DNA from: Mayamaea pseudoterrestris
Taxonomy: Eukaryota
Assembly (NCBI GenBank): GCA_027923505.1
Contig: BROI01000004.1
Span: 496,001-560,000 of the forward strand
Direction: 5' to 3'
DNA length: 64,000 nt
The translations under genes were made by a program, and so were the position numbers. Below the pieces are notes generated by a model. It searched no databases. It was not told the DNA's origin and was given only the letters and a program-made list of their open reading frames with translations. Each line of letters opens with the position of its first letter. Positions within the stretch are counted from its first letter, which is position 1. Of the stretch, positions 1 to 11,304 are shown piece after piece.

Positions 1-594
1 CTGTTGCGAAACGTGTCGGTGGCAATGCGCAGGTTGGACCACACTTCCCATGGCAACGCCTCTCGTGCTAAATGATTGCCCATCTTATGTGCATGTCGGA
101 GAGTCCGTGAGCAGCAGGTGCCACCCCAGCCATCCATAACAGTGGTTGTCAAGCAGTTACAAGTGTCCGACATGGGATGTAGGTTGGACTCATCGCATGC
201 GCTTTCTGGTCTTTGCGAAAATTTGTCTCGATGATGCATAAAATCTACGTGGTCGGTTATCTGCTGTAAAAGGAAGACGAGATATCAGAATGAGTATCTT
301 TCTGTATAGAGAATCATCTGATGCGAACATCACGCGACGCAAAGGTTTTCTGCTTCCCGTGCTGAAATGAACGACACAGGCAAGGCCTCGATACCTTAGA
401 CGATTCCGTACAGCTGAAAGATGACTCACATTCACCTCCGGCACAGGGAATAAAGCGTGGTACCAGAAGACGAAAGCTGGCACGATCACGAACAAGGTCA
501 AGGTGATCGATCCGCTACGACGGAACAATTGGCGACGGCGACAGCACCTCCTTCGACCAAAACTCATCCATGTCTTGTCAACTGTGATAGGCAT
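1..594 (-). CDS. Type II membrane protein, possibly sulfotransferase-like; 3'-partial; predicted intron 264..429
   Basis: Basic N-terminus followed by one hydrophobic helix (TLTLFVIVPAFVFWY). GTGAGT donor at 429 and polypyrimidine-TTTACAG acceptor at 264. The spliced frame (QITDHVDF...HAHKMG...) stays open to the window edge. Confidence 0.5.
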
Positions 595-898
595 TAACAA
601 ATTTGTATACTTGATTCATCATTAGTAATTATTATGATTTGCTAATGCCGGCAAGTTGGCGCAAAGCGAATGCTCAATCGAATGAGCGGTCTTGTAGCTC
701 ATGGTGAGTTGCGAAAGGATGAACGGCGGCGTCGCAGTTGATAACGCTCCGACATCAGCTACCTATGCAAGTGGTCAACTCTTGACTACGAGTACGAGCC
801 TTTTTCGTATGATACAAAGAAACTAGGATGACTTGATAATTTTTGGCTACCGGTAGTTCCTATCCGCTACTGCACATTGAACCCCTGCTGCAGGTATG

Positions 899-3601
899 TT
901 ACACATCCTCGACCATCCACTTGTCAGGGTCGTCCACCTCCTTCTTCGCTTTTGTTTTCAATTCTGATGCAGTCGATACACTTCGAAGCATCAAGTCACG
1001 CTTTATATACGAATGATCGAGCTTCAGCTTATCACTGAGCATCAAGCCCTCGCCAATAAGTTCCATTGTCCTCTCCTTGCGCGACAGCGCCGCTTGCTGT
1101 TCCATCAAATTTACTGGCGGAAACTTGTTTTGCAACCAAAGAAATAGTTCTAAATGCGAGTAAATAGAACATAGTCGCGAGAGATCTTCAAAGGTTTTGG
1201 GAGGCTTTGGTCGCAGATTCTGCGGCAATCCAGGCACCTCTCGACTTGCCAATTTGGCAGCAAATTTCTTCAAGACGTCCATTGATTCCTTGGAACTCTC
1301 CACGATCGGCGACATGCAAAGGTTATACTTGTCGCGTATAGATAAATTGAATTTCTCCAATTGCTTCGCTACAATCATCATGGCAGTTTGGCGACACAAG
1401 AAGTATCCACTCTTCAACTTGGCCATGTCACTGAAATGGCCCATGATATTGTGCAGACTGCTCACGCGCTTACTCAACCCATAGGAGCTGACGGTTTGGT
1501 GAAACAACTCGACGTGACCGGCAGTAGGCACAAGTCCTGCACTTTGTATTGGACTCACTGGCGTCGACATGCATTTGCGCAAATGAGCCATGTCGTCGGG
1601 GCTTCGGCACGTTACCACGCCTTCGGGAAAAGGACTGTTGCGACGGCCGGCGCGTCCGCTAATCTGTTTCACTGCCGAGTGGTCCAACTGGGTGATACCA
1701 GAGCCATCTTGCTTGTACATGCTGTTGAATATGATCCTTCGAATGTTTAAGTTGAGGCCCATGCCTATTGCATCGCTTGCGACCAACACGTCGTAACCAG
1801 AATCAGGATCGTTGAAACGTCTCGCTTGTTCTGTTCGTGTCAGCGGCGGCAACGATCCGTAGACGACACAGCACTTGTGAGAAGTCTGGGTCTCAATTTC
1901 TCGCTTAATTGCAAACAAATCATTGCGGCTAAATGCCACGACGCAGTCGCCTGGTTGAACCGTCTTGTAGCTTCCGACTTCTTCCGACGAGCTTGCAAGA
2001 CTACGATCTGCGACCGTCAACTCAGTGAATCGTTCGTACGATCGAAACTCAAATTCGTCTCCGCAGTTTGCGACAATGCGCTCGACAAGATCCTTGGCCT
2101 CGAGACCTCCACAAACATGAATCTCCTTGCAACGGCTACCCAGCAGTGCTCTCGTCCATGCAAAGCCGCGATGATTGTCGCTCATCATTTGAATTTCGTC
2201 AATAACAACAACATCATAATCGACAGTGAGGTCTGCCATTTCTACCGTGGCGGCCCCATGGGTTTCAAATGGAACTCTTAAAATTTCTTGTCCAGTGTAA
2301 AGGCTGCAGTAAACACCTGCTGCTGTTAACTTCTCAAACACCTCCACCGCCAGCAGTCGCAGCGGCCCAAGGTACATGCCCTTCTTCGCCTCCTTCAATC
2401 GCTCCAGTGCCTGGTACGTTTTGCCACTGTTGGTTGGTCCGCCATGATAGATAATCTTTCGTCGATCCAGCCGAGCGTACGAATACCACTCGTGCGGCTT
2501 GGTAAGGTCTGTATTGTCGTCCAACTCTTGGAACTGCTCCACCATTTGAGCGTGCCGCGTACGAACGTGCTCCGCAAGTGCTTCGACAATAACTGGTCGA
2601 CATTCGTCCAGCACCATGGTTGCTGGCTGAATCTCTTCTTTAGTAAATGGAACATGCCTCAATGTGTGGTCTATATCGCGTTGAATGTTTTCCATGTAGT
2701 ATCCTGCAGACAAGGCAAGAGCATTGTTATGTTGTAACAAGCGCTCCTTTTCGCGCACCATTTTGGTGAGCTCAATGAGCCGTTCGCGTCTGCTGTGGGC
2801 GAGCGCCTCCAACGCTACTCGTTTCTCCTTTTCTTGCCCGGACTTGAATATAGAAGACACATATTGCACCGTATTGTCTAGAAGCGATGAGTCTGGTTGT
2901 TGCTCCGGCTGTTGATTGTCGGTTTTGATCAATTCATCGAGCTCTTCCTTTAAACCCACCAACTCGTCTTGCAGTGTTTGAACTTGCGACTCGTGGTAGG
3001 CTACTTCAGACTGTCGCGTCGCCATTTGCTGCATGAGTGTCTCATGCTTTTTAGTATATTGTAGTGTTCTTTGATACTGTCTCGCAAACTTTGCCTTGCC
3101 AAAGCCAGTTGGCAGTAATCGTTCCATGACGTCTTGCAACTTTTGATTCGTCTTGAACACTTCCTGAAAGGATGGCAAGCAATCGGAATAAAATGACATG
3201 TATTCTTCTTGAGACGACTCGTCTGGCTCCAATGCAAAGATTACGTCATTGCGCCATGATGAATCTGCATTCAGCAAGTAAACAAGGTTGCTGGCGGCAA
3301 GTGCACGAGGCGAAAACGATTGACGGTTGTCACTGATGCTGCTATTACGAGAGAGACTATGCTGCTGCAACGCTTCTAGTATCTGTTTCTTCCCTTGAAG
3401 CTTTTGCTTCTGAGGTTTCTGTGCTCGCGTAGCTTGCTGCTGGTGCTGAGCCGATCTTTCGCGATTCTTCCTCCTCGACGTCGACGCTGACGACAGTAAG
3501 CGCAAGCTTACCGGCCGGCAGACGTCGCATGGCGAAACTTTTCGCAACAATCTAGCGGAAGCATTATTGGCAGCTTGAAGGGTGGCTCTTTGCATGCTCA
3601 T
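899..3601 (-). CDS. SUV3: Mitochondrial ATP-dependent RNA helicase SUV3
   Basis: HGGPTNSGKT, GPLRLLA, VIDEIQM, ASDAIGMGLNL and QISGRAGR motifs; Arg/Ser-rich transit-like N-terminus. Confidence 0.95.
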   Translation of the reverse strand: MSMQRATLQAANNASARLLRKVSPCDVCRPVSLRLLSSASTSRRKNRERSAQHQQQATRAQKPQKQKLQGKKQILEALQQHSLSRNSSISDNRQSFSPRALAASNLVYLLNADSSWRNDVIFALEPDESSQEEYMSFYSDCLPSFQEVFKTNQKLQDVMERLLPTGFGKAKFARQYQRTLQYTKKHETLMQQMATRQSEVAYHESQVQTLQDELVGLKEELDELIKTDNQQPEQQPDSSLLDNTVQYVSSIFKSGQEKEKRVALEALAHSRRERLIELTKMVREKERLLQHNNALALSAGYYMENIQRDIDHTLRHVPFTKEEIQPATMVLDECRPVIVEALAEHVRTRHAQMVEQFQELDDNTDLTKPHEWYSYARLDRRKIIYHGGPTNSGKTYQALERLKEAKKGMYLGPLRLLAVEVFEKLTAAGVYCSLYTGQEILRVPFETHGAATVEMADLTVDYDVVVIDEIQMMSDNHRGFAWTRALLGSRCKEIHVCGGLEAKDLVERIVANCGDEFEFRSYERFTELTVADRSLASSSEEVGSYKTVQPGDCVVAFSRNDLFAIKREIETQTSHKCCVVYGSLPPLTRTEQARRFNDPDSGYDVLVASDAIGMGLNLNIRRIIFNSMYKQDGSGITQLDHSAVKQISGRAGRRNSPFPEGVVTCRSPDDMAHLRKCMSTPVSPIQSAGLVPTAGHVELFHQTVSSYGLSKRVSSLHNIMGHFSDMAKLKSGYFLCRQTAMMIVAKQLEKFNLSIRDKYNLCMSPIVESSKESMDVLKKFAAKLASREVPGLPQNLRPKPPKTFEDLSRLCSIYSHLELFLWLQNKFPPVNLMEQQAALSRKERTMELIGEGLMLSDKLKLDHSYIKRDLMLRSVSTASELKTKAKKEVDDPDKWMVEDV

Positions 3602-3830
3602 CAATTGTTAATATTGGTGCAATGTATCATATAAGGCGATTCATGGTCGCTGCTCGTTTGCGTCTCGTTCCATGACGAAATGTCGCTGCGGGACTGATAT
3701 GCACGGTGCGACTTTTACAAAAATAATGACCATGACCAACGTTCTGTGGCAATGGCAAGGTTTCGACGCTGCCCACCCTTCGCGTTCCCACCTGCTAACA
3801 AGTAAACTATAACAACAGAACCAAAGAGAT

Positions 3831-5441
3831 ATGAAGCGACTATGCAGTGCTACCATCTGGCTGTTTCTGATACACATGACTACATTCATTCGAGCAGACG
3901 AATCAAGTGACTTGTTTCCTCCCCAGCACTGCGCCGAGTGGAGCGGCGCCCAATGCTCCTGGGAGCCAAACCTTGCCAAAATGACAGTCGACTTTGGTGC
4001 CGGCTACAAGGAGCCCTTTTATGCCTACGTAACTCCCGACGTAGCAACCTTTTACAATGAAACGAAAGGCAGTCGACCGGAAGTGGCGCCACGATTCACT
4101 GGGCTCTACGGCAAGTTCATCAACCTTGGCAAGGATGCTTTATCAGTCTATTGGGATGGCGGAAAAGGAACAGAGCCAACTTTTATTTCAGATATTGAAC
4201 CATTTGGTGCTACTGGTACAAGTACATATCCAAATCACGTCTTCTTCACCGTCGTCAAGGCGGATCCTGAGAAGCGCGAGGTGCAACGATGGACCATCGC
4301 CAGCGACAATATGATATACTACTACGATCCTTACAAGGGCACGGATGCTGCAGCCAAAATATTGACGAGTCATGAGCTACAGCTGTATCAGATGCAGCTA
4401 CAAAATCTAGTCTTTGCGCATCAATATAAAGATTTCACTGGCCGCGACTGGCTCGGCTTATACAAGCAAAAGAAACCCCCGCGATTCCACATGTGGAGAG
4501 CTGATAGTCTTGGGCAAACATACGATATTCAAACCAAGGAGATTCACTTTGTGGAAATACCTCATCAAGAGGAACTCGAGCGAGGCATGTCAGCCTACGG
4601 TCCCCGACCCGACCAGGTTGATCGCATGCGCAAGCATCGCGACACGCACACGACGCTCAATTTGACCATGACGGTTCTGAGCTGCGCACCGCGTGTCTTC
4701 GAAATCAAGAATTTTCTCAGCAACGTGGAGGTGGATCACATTCTGCAGGTCGCCGCTCAAACCGACTTGCATCGATCCACCGTGAGTGGAGGTGGCGGCA
4801 TGGATACTTCGCAGCACACGTCCAACACGCGAACATCCAAAAACAGTTGGCTGCCCCGACGAACCGACTTTGTCATTGACACCATTTACAAGCGAGCCGC
4901 TGACGTTTTGCAAATGAACGAAGCCTTGCTTCGATCGCGACGAGCGTCGGAAATTAGCGAAATGCCCGAGTCGCACGTGAGCGTGGCGGAGCGACTGCAG
5001 CTGGTGCACTACGAACCGGGCGAGCAATATGCAGCGCACCATGACTTTGCCATGCCTGGATTGGTCAATTACCAGCCATCGCGGTTTGCAACGATACTCT
5101 TTTATTTGAATGACGACTTTACGGGCGGCGAAACAAGTTTTCCGCGATGGCTCAACGGAGAAACGGACCGGCCGCTAAAGGTCAAGCCCGAAAAGGGCAA
5201 GGCTGTGTTATTCTACAGCATGCTGCCGGATGGAAACTACGATGAACGGTCGCAGCATGCTTCGTTGCCAGTCAAGGAGGGCGAAAAGTGGTGCGTATCC
5301 GGATGCGGGCTGCAGGGAGGCTTTGATTCCGTCATTCATCCTTCCAACATCTCACTCCCTCTTGCTCTTTTCATCTCCAGGCTGATTAACCTATGGGTTT
5401 GGGATCCCATACTAGATCACACCGTAGCTGATCACCTGTAA
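3831..5441 (+). CDS. Secretory-pathway prolyl 4-hydroxylase alpha-like 2OG-Fe(II) dioxygenase; in-frame intron 5291..5380
   Basis: Signal peptide; RTS, QLVHYEPGEQYAAHHD, RFATILFYLND, GGETSFP and HASLPV motifs. Removing the 90-nt GT..AG intron restores the EKWLINLWVW ending. Confidence 0.9.
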   Translation: MKRLCSATIWLFLIHMTTFIRADESSDLFPPQHCAEWSGAQCSWEPNLAKMTVDFGAGYKEPFYAYVTPDVATFYNETKGSRPEVAPRFTGLYGKFINLGKDALSVYWDGGKGTEPTFISDIEPFGATGTSTYPNHVFFTVVKADPEKREVQRWTIASDNMIYYYDPYKGTDAAAKILTSHELQLYQMQLQNLVFAHQYKDFTGRDWLGLYKQKKPPRFHMWRADSLGQTYDIQTKEIHFVEIPHQEELERGMSAYGPRPDQVDRMRKHRDTHTTLNLTMTVLSCAPRVFEIKNFLSNVEVDHILQVAAQTDLHRSTVSGGGGMDTSQHTSNTRTSKNSWLPRRTDFVIDTIYKRAADVLQMNEALLRSRRASEISEMPESHVSVAERLQLVHYEPGEQYAAHHDFAMPGLVNYQPSRFATILFYLNDDFTGGETSFPRWLNGETDRPLKVKPEKGKAVLFYSMLPDGNYDERSQHASLPVKEGEKWCVSGCGLQGGFDSVIHPSNISLPLALFISRLINLWVWDPILDHTVADHL

Positions 5442-5686
5442 TGATATCATCTTGCGTTGCTAGGCATACCGTACTGTAGCTTATTTGCACAAGTAAGTAA
5501 TAAACGGTTAACTTACGGTTTCTTAGTACAGTTTACGGTACTACGCTTGCGGCCCGCCAGCGCCAGCCGGCCAAGCAAGTCTGAAAAGTTCGTCGATCGA
5601 CGACGACCATGGGAATTCCCGACCGACAGCAGTTTGGAAATCCCGTCAGACGGCTACTTTTGATTAAACATTATTGACATAACCGC

Positions 5687-8600
5687 ATGTCCTATTTACA
5701 AGCTGCTGCCAGCAGCGGCAATGGTCTTAGCAATATACATCAACAGCGAATTCGACATTTTCTGCAGCCACCTCCAACTTCCTTCACCCTCGTGGCGGCC
5801 ATTCACTTGCTGCAACCCCAAACCATTGGCCAAACAGTTTATTTGCTAGAAAAGGACTACTTGGAAAACTGGCTATGCTGGGCCTTGCATCAAGACGTCG
5901 TGACTTCCGAGGAGTCGCGCGTGCGAGAAGCCATTCGCATGGCGGCGCAGAGCTTGGGCTTGGTTCCACCGAACGAAAACAACCAGTACAAGTCACCTGG
6001 ACCAATCGACTCGACGAGACTATCCATTGAAGGTCATCCATTGCTATTAAATCCTTTTGTCAGAATACACAAGGATATTCGACAGCCAGCTACTAGAGGT
6101 CTTCCAAGGGTGCGATCGGCCCCAAGCAACGAATGGACGGGCAGCAAGGAAAACGGATACGCGCTTGGATCACCCGCCGACGACTCGACCGTTGTGGCGG
6201 ACGATCGCATTGAATGCGTGTCAGTTCCAGAAGCCTTTTACGAGACGATACGAGCCGTGCATGGCGTCGTGTGCGAGGATGGTTACTCCGTTTCCTTTCA
6301 GCCGCCAATGAGCGAGCGACGACTGCTGCTGCATCATTCGCATACGCGACAATCTGCAATGGACGCGCCAGCAAGACCGGTAGAGTTTCGACGCAAAGTG
6401 GTTCGAACGAGTCCAAAGCCTACGTCGCGAAAGGCGGAACATGAATCGCTCATGGAACGACTCATGCAGGAGGAGTCGGAACGAGAGTCGCAGTCAAATT
6501 CATCCTGCGTTGACGTGCATCCATTGAAATTGACCTATAGCATTGTACACGAAGAAAATGCATATGAATCGTTTGATGAGCGACCTCAGGATGGATTTGT
6601 ACTTGTATCGCGCGAGTCGGCGGCCATTGATGCTCTGACGGCACTGCTAAAGTCTGTCGAGCCAGACAAGGGAAGCTCGTCGGTGCGACTATGGAGCAGA
6701 CATCGCAACCATAACGCGACAAAATCGGGAGATGGATATGAGCTGGTTGACTTTAAATATTTGGAGGAAATGATAAAGCGATCTACTGGCGAAAAAATAC
6801 AACAGACCGTTCAGGAGTGGGTTGACCAACACTCGGCAAACACTGCCAGCGGAAAAACGTTGCACGTAATGGTGGAGTCACGCAAAACAATCAACGTGCC
6901 ATGGCCGCGACATAAATTGGAACTCATGAACCGCATTCAAGTCGGCGACTATGTGGATGCACAAGATGTTGCCGGAAAGTGGTACGAAGCAATCGTACGC
7001 AAGATTGAAGCAGATACAATCACTGTTCACTACTTTGGATGGGCATCGCGATGGGATACTACAATAAAGCGGCGAATAGACGTGGCACCAGTTGAAGGTT
7101 TGAACACAAAAATTTCTTGTCCAGCACCACTGTGGTCGAGGACGAGGAGATGGCGAGAACGAGTGCGCGTCGGAGAGATTGTCGAGGTACGAGACGTGTC
7201 CAGTCGGGTCGATCGACCAAAGTGGTACAGGGGAGAAATCAAGAGCGTTGGAGGCGCAAACGATCCGTTACGTCAAGTTGTAGGAGGCGCCATTTTGGAG
7301 GAGTATTCTTTGAATGGTCAAAGCGACAAAAAGGAACATTTGATATTGTTGAGGCGGACGCAGCAGGTCCTCGTGCAGGTTGATCAGGAGCAAAACACAA
7401 AGGCAGGTAATGCGGCAACATCCCCAGGCGAAGCTGATCTTGCGGCTGGTTTAACTCCACAGCCTCCTTTTCTGAGATGGATCAACCTATACGGAGAAGA
7501 ATTGTGCTTGTACGGAACGCATTTGAAGATTGAAACAAGCCTTGTCGGGCCAGTGACAATTCGCTACGAAACGGATGGCAAACGCAAACCAGTGGAAGTG
7601 TTGAACGCCAAGCACCCCATGCTTGGGGCAGGTTTCATGCGCGAGTCGCTTCGCGGTATGCCGCCCGGACCTGGCGCCGTGGGGCTTCAGAATTTGGGAA
7701 ATAGTTGCTTCATGAACAGCATCATCCAATGTCTCAATCACATTGAACCGTTGACCCAATACTTTTTGAACGACAGATATGTCGATGACTTGAACACGCG
7801 AAACCCGCTTGGAAGCGGTGGCAATGTTGCACAAGCCTACGCGAGTCTTCTCAAGCGAATTTGGAGCGGAGAATATTCCATACAAGCGCCTCGCGCCCTG
7901 AAGCAGACTGTCGCAGCCTTTGCGCCACAGTTTGACAACTGCTATCAGCACGACAGTCACGAGTTCTGTCAATTTCTAATGGATGGCTTGCACGAAGATC
8001 TAAATCGAGTCAAAACGAAACCGTACGTTGAGGAACTGGAGGGGCGCGGAATGCCAGACGCCAAGGCTGCCATTGAGTCTTGGCGAAAACACTTGCTTCG
8101 ACATGACAGTCTTGTCGTAGACCATTGTCAAGGCAGAGGAATCGATCAAATTTGACGTCTTTAGTTCCATCTCTGTCCCGCTCGTCCAGCAAAAGAACAG
8201 ATCCGTCATCAAGCTCGAAGACTGCCTGGAAAAGTTTATGGAAGGCGAGCAACTGGACGAACACAATGCATGGTACTGTCCTACCTGTCGACAACACGTT
8301 TGCGCTCTCAAGATGATTGCCTTATGGACTGTGCCGGATGTGTTGATCATACACCTCAAGCGCTTTACGTTTGACCACTGCATGCCGACGGGCAACATGA
8401 TTCGCTACAAGATGGATGACACGGTCGAATTCCCAGTCCATAGACTTGACTTGTCGGAACACGTCCTTGGACCCATAGATTCGAATGCGCCTCCCGTTTA
8501 CAAGCTCTTTGGCGTCAGTGAGCACGTTGGACCAACCGCCAATTCTGGTCACTACACTGCCACCGTCCGCAACTCGATTGACAACCAATGGTATCGATAC

Positions 8601-8942
8601 AATGACTCGCATGTTGGTCGGACCAGTGGCGAAGCATCCATTTTGGGTGGCGCATATCTGCTGTTTTACGTTCGCGAAAAGGGACTATGCCAGTGGGGAG
8701 GCATGGCGCGCGTCATGAAGGAGCTTGACATTGATCCATACGGAGGCTTGTTGACCGATCAGGAGGGATTTCAACAAGTTCGAACCAAGAAGAAAAAGAA
8801 GGGAGAAGACTCGTCGCGGGCATCGAGAACGTCGCGCGATTCGACTCGTACAGGCATGTCGAGAACGTCGCGGGGCTCCAAGGCTTCGCGGTCATCGTCG
8901 TCAAGGCGAGAGGAGGTAATTCATAATCCTAGAGATATTTAA
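5687..8942 (+). pseudogene. Ubiquitin-specific protease (USP/C19, USP4/15-like), frameshifted near 8135 (disrupted allele or assembly error)
   Basis: Cys box GLQNLGNSCFMNS and QHDSHEF lie in ORF 5687..8155. WYCPTC, LIIHLKRF and the His box GHYTA..WYRYND lie in a different frame starting at 8136. Confidence 0.8.
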
Positions 8943-9123
8943 GCAAAGAGTAAGAAAGTCGTTGGATGTTGTGGCATGTTAATGTAGAAGTATTGCTCTT
9001 GCCATCTAATGAAAAGGTCTACAAGATTGCGAAACGATACAAAGGCTACCTTGATAGCTCGATAACGGATTAAAAAGCCTTACAGTAACTTTATATAATA
9101 ACACGACGCCACAGCGAGAGTAT

Positions 9124-9846
9124 CTAACGATAACGCTTGAGGCGCATCGTGTTGCGTCGCAACCAGGATGCCCGGGCGGATCCTCCAATAATGCCATTGG
9201 CGCGGTGTCCCTTCTTGCGCAGTCCACGTCCCTTGCGTCCCGCCGATGTGAGTCCCCGGCATTCGCGGTGCTTGTGCACTCCATTGACGATCCAATTGAT
9301 GCGTGGGTCGTTGCGAATGACCTTGTGGGCTGGATCAACGAGAATGACTTCGTAGTACTTCATGGTGGCGTCCTGGTTGACCCAGTAGGAGTTGAGCACG
9401 CGCAAGTTGCTGTACTGGCGGCCGACCTTTTCCTCGGCGACGGACTGCAAGTTGCGTTCAAATTTGAGCTGGTTGATACCTTGGTTCTTGGGCTTACCGA
9501 AGACCATACCTGTAGAATAGTAGCAGTAAATGGGATAGAATTAAGGTGAGATGAAGTTTCGAATATGCTATGGCACGTCGCCTGTTTCATCAACAATATC
9601 CTCCAAGACCTCACCTCTATGATTCTGACGCTTGCGTCCTCCACGTCTGACTCCGGCGCGCACAATGACGTAACCCTGCTTGGCCTTAAAACCAAGACGA
9701 TGAGCCTTGTCGGTCCGCGAGGGTCGGTGCAGCGAGCAAATGTTGGGTCGCTGGCGGTACTCCCAGGCGCGGACGCGCAGCAAGAAGCGGAGCGCATCAG
9801 ACTGCTTGTGGCGCCACAGCTCCTCCATGTACTTGTAAGCTCCCAT
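9124..9846 (-). CDS. RPL15: 60S ribosomal protein L15 (eL15); intron 9510..9614
   Basis: [17 protein letters not shown] start and [10 protein letters not shown] motif; spliced length 205 aa. Confidence 0.98.
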
Positions 9847-10092
9847 GGTGAATGAATATGAACGTTGAGTAAGTGAACAAGAGTTGGAAGGCGAGTCCGA
9901 GATGAACCGTCTGCGACAAGCAGTTTCTGTCGCGATGGACGGCCGCTGTCACTTACCGTTCTACTAAAACCTAAGGAGACCCGGAAGCCGACTCGAGCCA
10001 ACACCACGAGACGACATCGAGCCTCATCGCCTGTCTTGATCTGCTTCGACTCTGTTTCCTTGTCACTTTCATCAATTGTCTTACTATACAAA

Positions 10093-10566
10093 ATGGTCGC
10101 CATTCCTGATCAGCTAGTCTGGGAACTCACCCGACGCAACAATGCCTTTTTGAAGAAGAAGAATGGTCACACCAAGCGATCCGGCGCGATTCAATTCTCC
10201 GTCGAAAGGGGCAACCTCAAGAGCATCAACCAGCTCAAATACAGTGGGATCGCCAACGCTAAAGTCACTGACATTGTCTTTACCCAGAAACATGGAGCCG
10301 TCTTGGTCACCAAGTCGGCCAGCAAGTGCCACACCAAGCCAAACAAAGCCATGACGAGCACCAGCGTCGGCAAGGACTTTCGTCGGTCGGAAAACATTAT
10401 CGTCAAGCAAACGGTGGACAATTACTATCGTCCGGACCTCAAGGCTGCGGCACTCGCCAAGTATACCAAGGTGTACCAAGCGAACCGACGCGCCAAGGGA
10501 ATCACCAAGCCAGTGCCAATCAAAAAGGGACGGGGCAATCACAAGGCAACATCAGCGGAGGAGTAA
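10093..10566 (+). CDS. RPL28: 60S ribosomal protein L28 (eL28)
   Basis: DQLVWELTRRNNAFL, NLKSINQLKYSG and YYRPDLKAAALAK motifs; ATG at 10093. Confidence 0.93.
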   Translation: MVAIPDQLVWELTRRNNAFLKKKNGHTKRSGAIQFSVERGNLKSINQLKYSGIANAKVTDIVFTQKHGAVLVTKSASKCHTKPNKAMTSTSVGKDFRRSENIIVKQTVDNYYRPDLKAAALAKYTKVYQANRRAKGITKPVPIKKGRGNHKATSAEE

Positions 10567-11006
10567 ATTGAAAGTAGTAACAAACGTTGAGTAAATGCTT
10601 GAATTAAGTTTATGGTTTGTTATCTGTTTGAAGTAGAGTACCATAATTTGCTTGACCGCTGTGTGCTGTGGCTAAATGTCAGTGTAAATAATGTCCCGGT
10701 ACATAGCTTAATTTCTTGCCTACACTACCGGCGCTGATATAGTTCACTAGCAGGCGGACAATACTGCAAGAGACTGCTGCCAACAATGGGAGCAGGCTGA
10801 GGATTGATACCCAAGTAGCCTAAACAATGGGTATCTCCAGCTGTGGGGGACCCAAATGCATTCGTCAAGCATTAGTCGTTTGCAACCTGTTAGTCGCCTT
10901 GCTATATCTATGTATAACGCTCAAATGCCGATACATTACTCTCTTTTGTAAAGCAAATAAGCAAGCATCGAAAGACTCCTTTTTAGATAAATTCGGCAAA
11001 AGTAAA

Positions 11007-11088
11007 CGACATAGGCATGATTCGAACATACGCGGGAAATTCCCAACTGATTTCTAGTCAGTCGCCTTAACCACTCGGCCACTATGTC
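11007..11088 (-). tRNA. tRNA-Ser (anticodon AGA)
   Basis: Minus strand reads GACATAG TGGCCGAGTGGTTAAGGC G ACTGA CTAGAAA TCAGT, long variable arm, GTATG TTCGAAT CATGC CTATGTC G. 82 nt, followed by a TTTACTTTT Pol III terminator-like run. Confidence 0.95.
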
Positions 11089-11304
11089 GTGCAGATTGTA
11101 GGTGTTTGTCATTATATGAACGCTGTTCAGATAGATTTTTCTTGCATTGATCGACCTTGGCAAGTCAGGAAACTCAACTACCTACCTAGGAATATATTGA
11201 CTGCTATTACTGCGGCGGGGTGATGACGGCATCAATTATGATGGAATGCCATAACATGTAACCTCGCGCAGCATGTCTGATAGGCTCTACCAATGACCTA
11301 TACG

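Noticed and set aside
8125..8160. Programmed frameshift or micro-intron in the USP gene
   Set aside because: No slippery heptamer, and conserved residues are missing rather than extra, so neither mechanism would restore the domain.
9510..9614. Intronic snoRNAs in RPL15 (also checked the NOP56 intron 39182..39260)
   Set aside because: No complete C/D or H/ACA box set, and the introns are of ordinary short length.
9360..10103. 247-aa minus-strand ORF and the many other overlapping or antisense ORFs in the track
   Set aside because: They are shadow frames of well-supported genes in GC-balanced DNA, with no recognisable motifs.
11220..11280. Box C/D snoRNA (GTGATGA...CTGA)
   Set aside because: No terminal stem and no rRNA-complementary guide that I can recognise; it overlaps the probable RPC5 3' UTR on the opposite strand.
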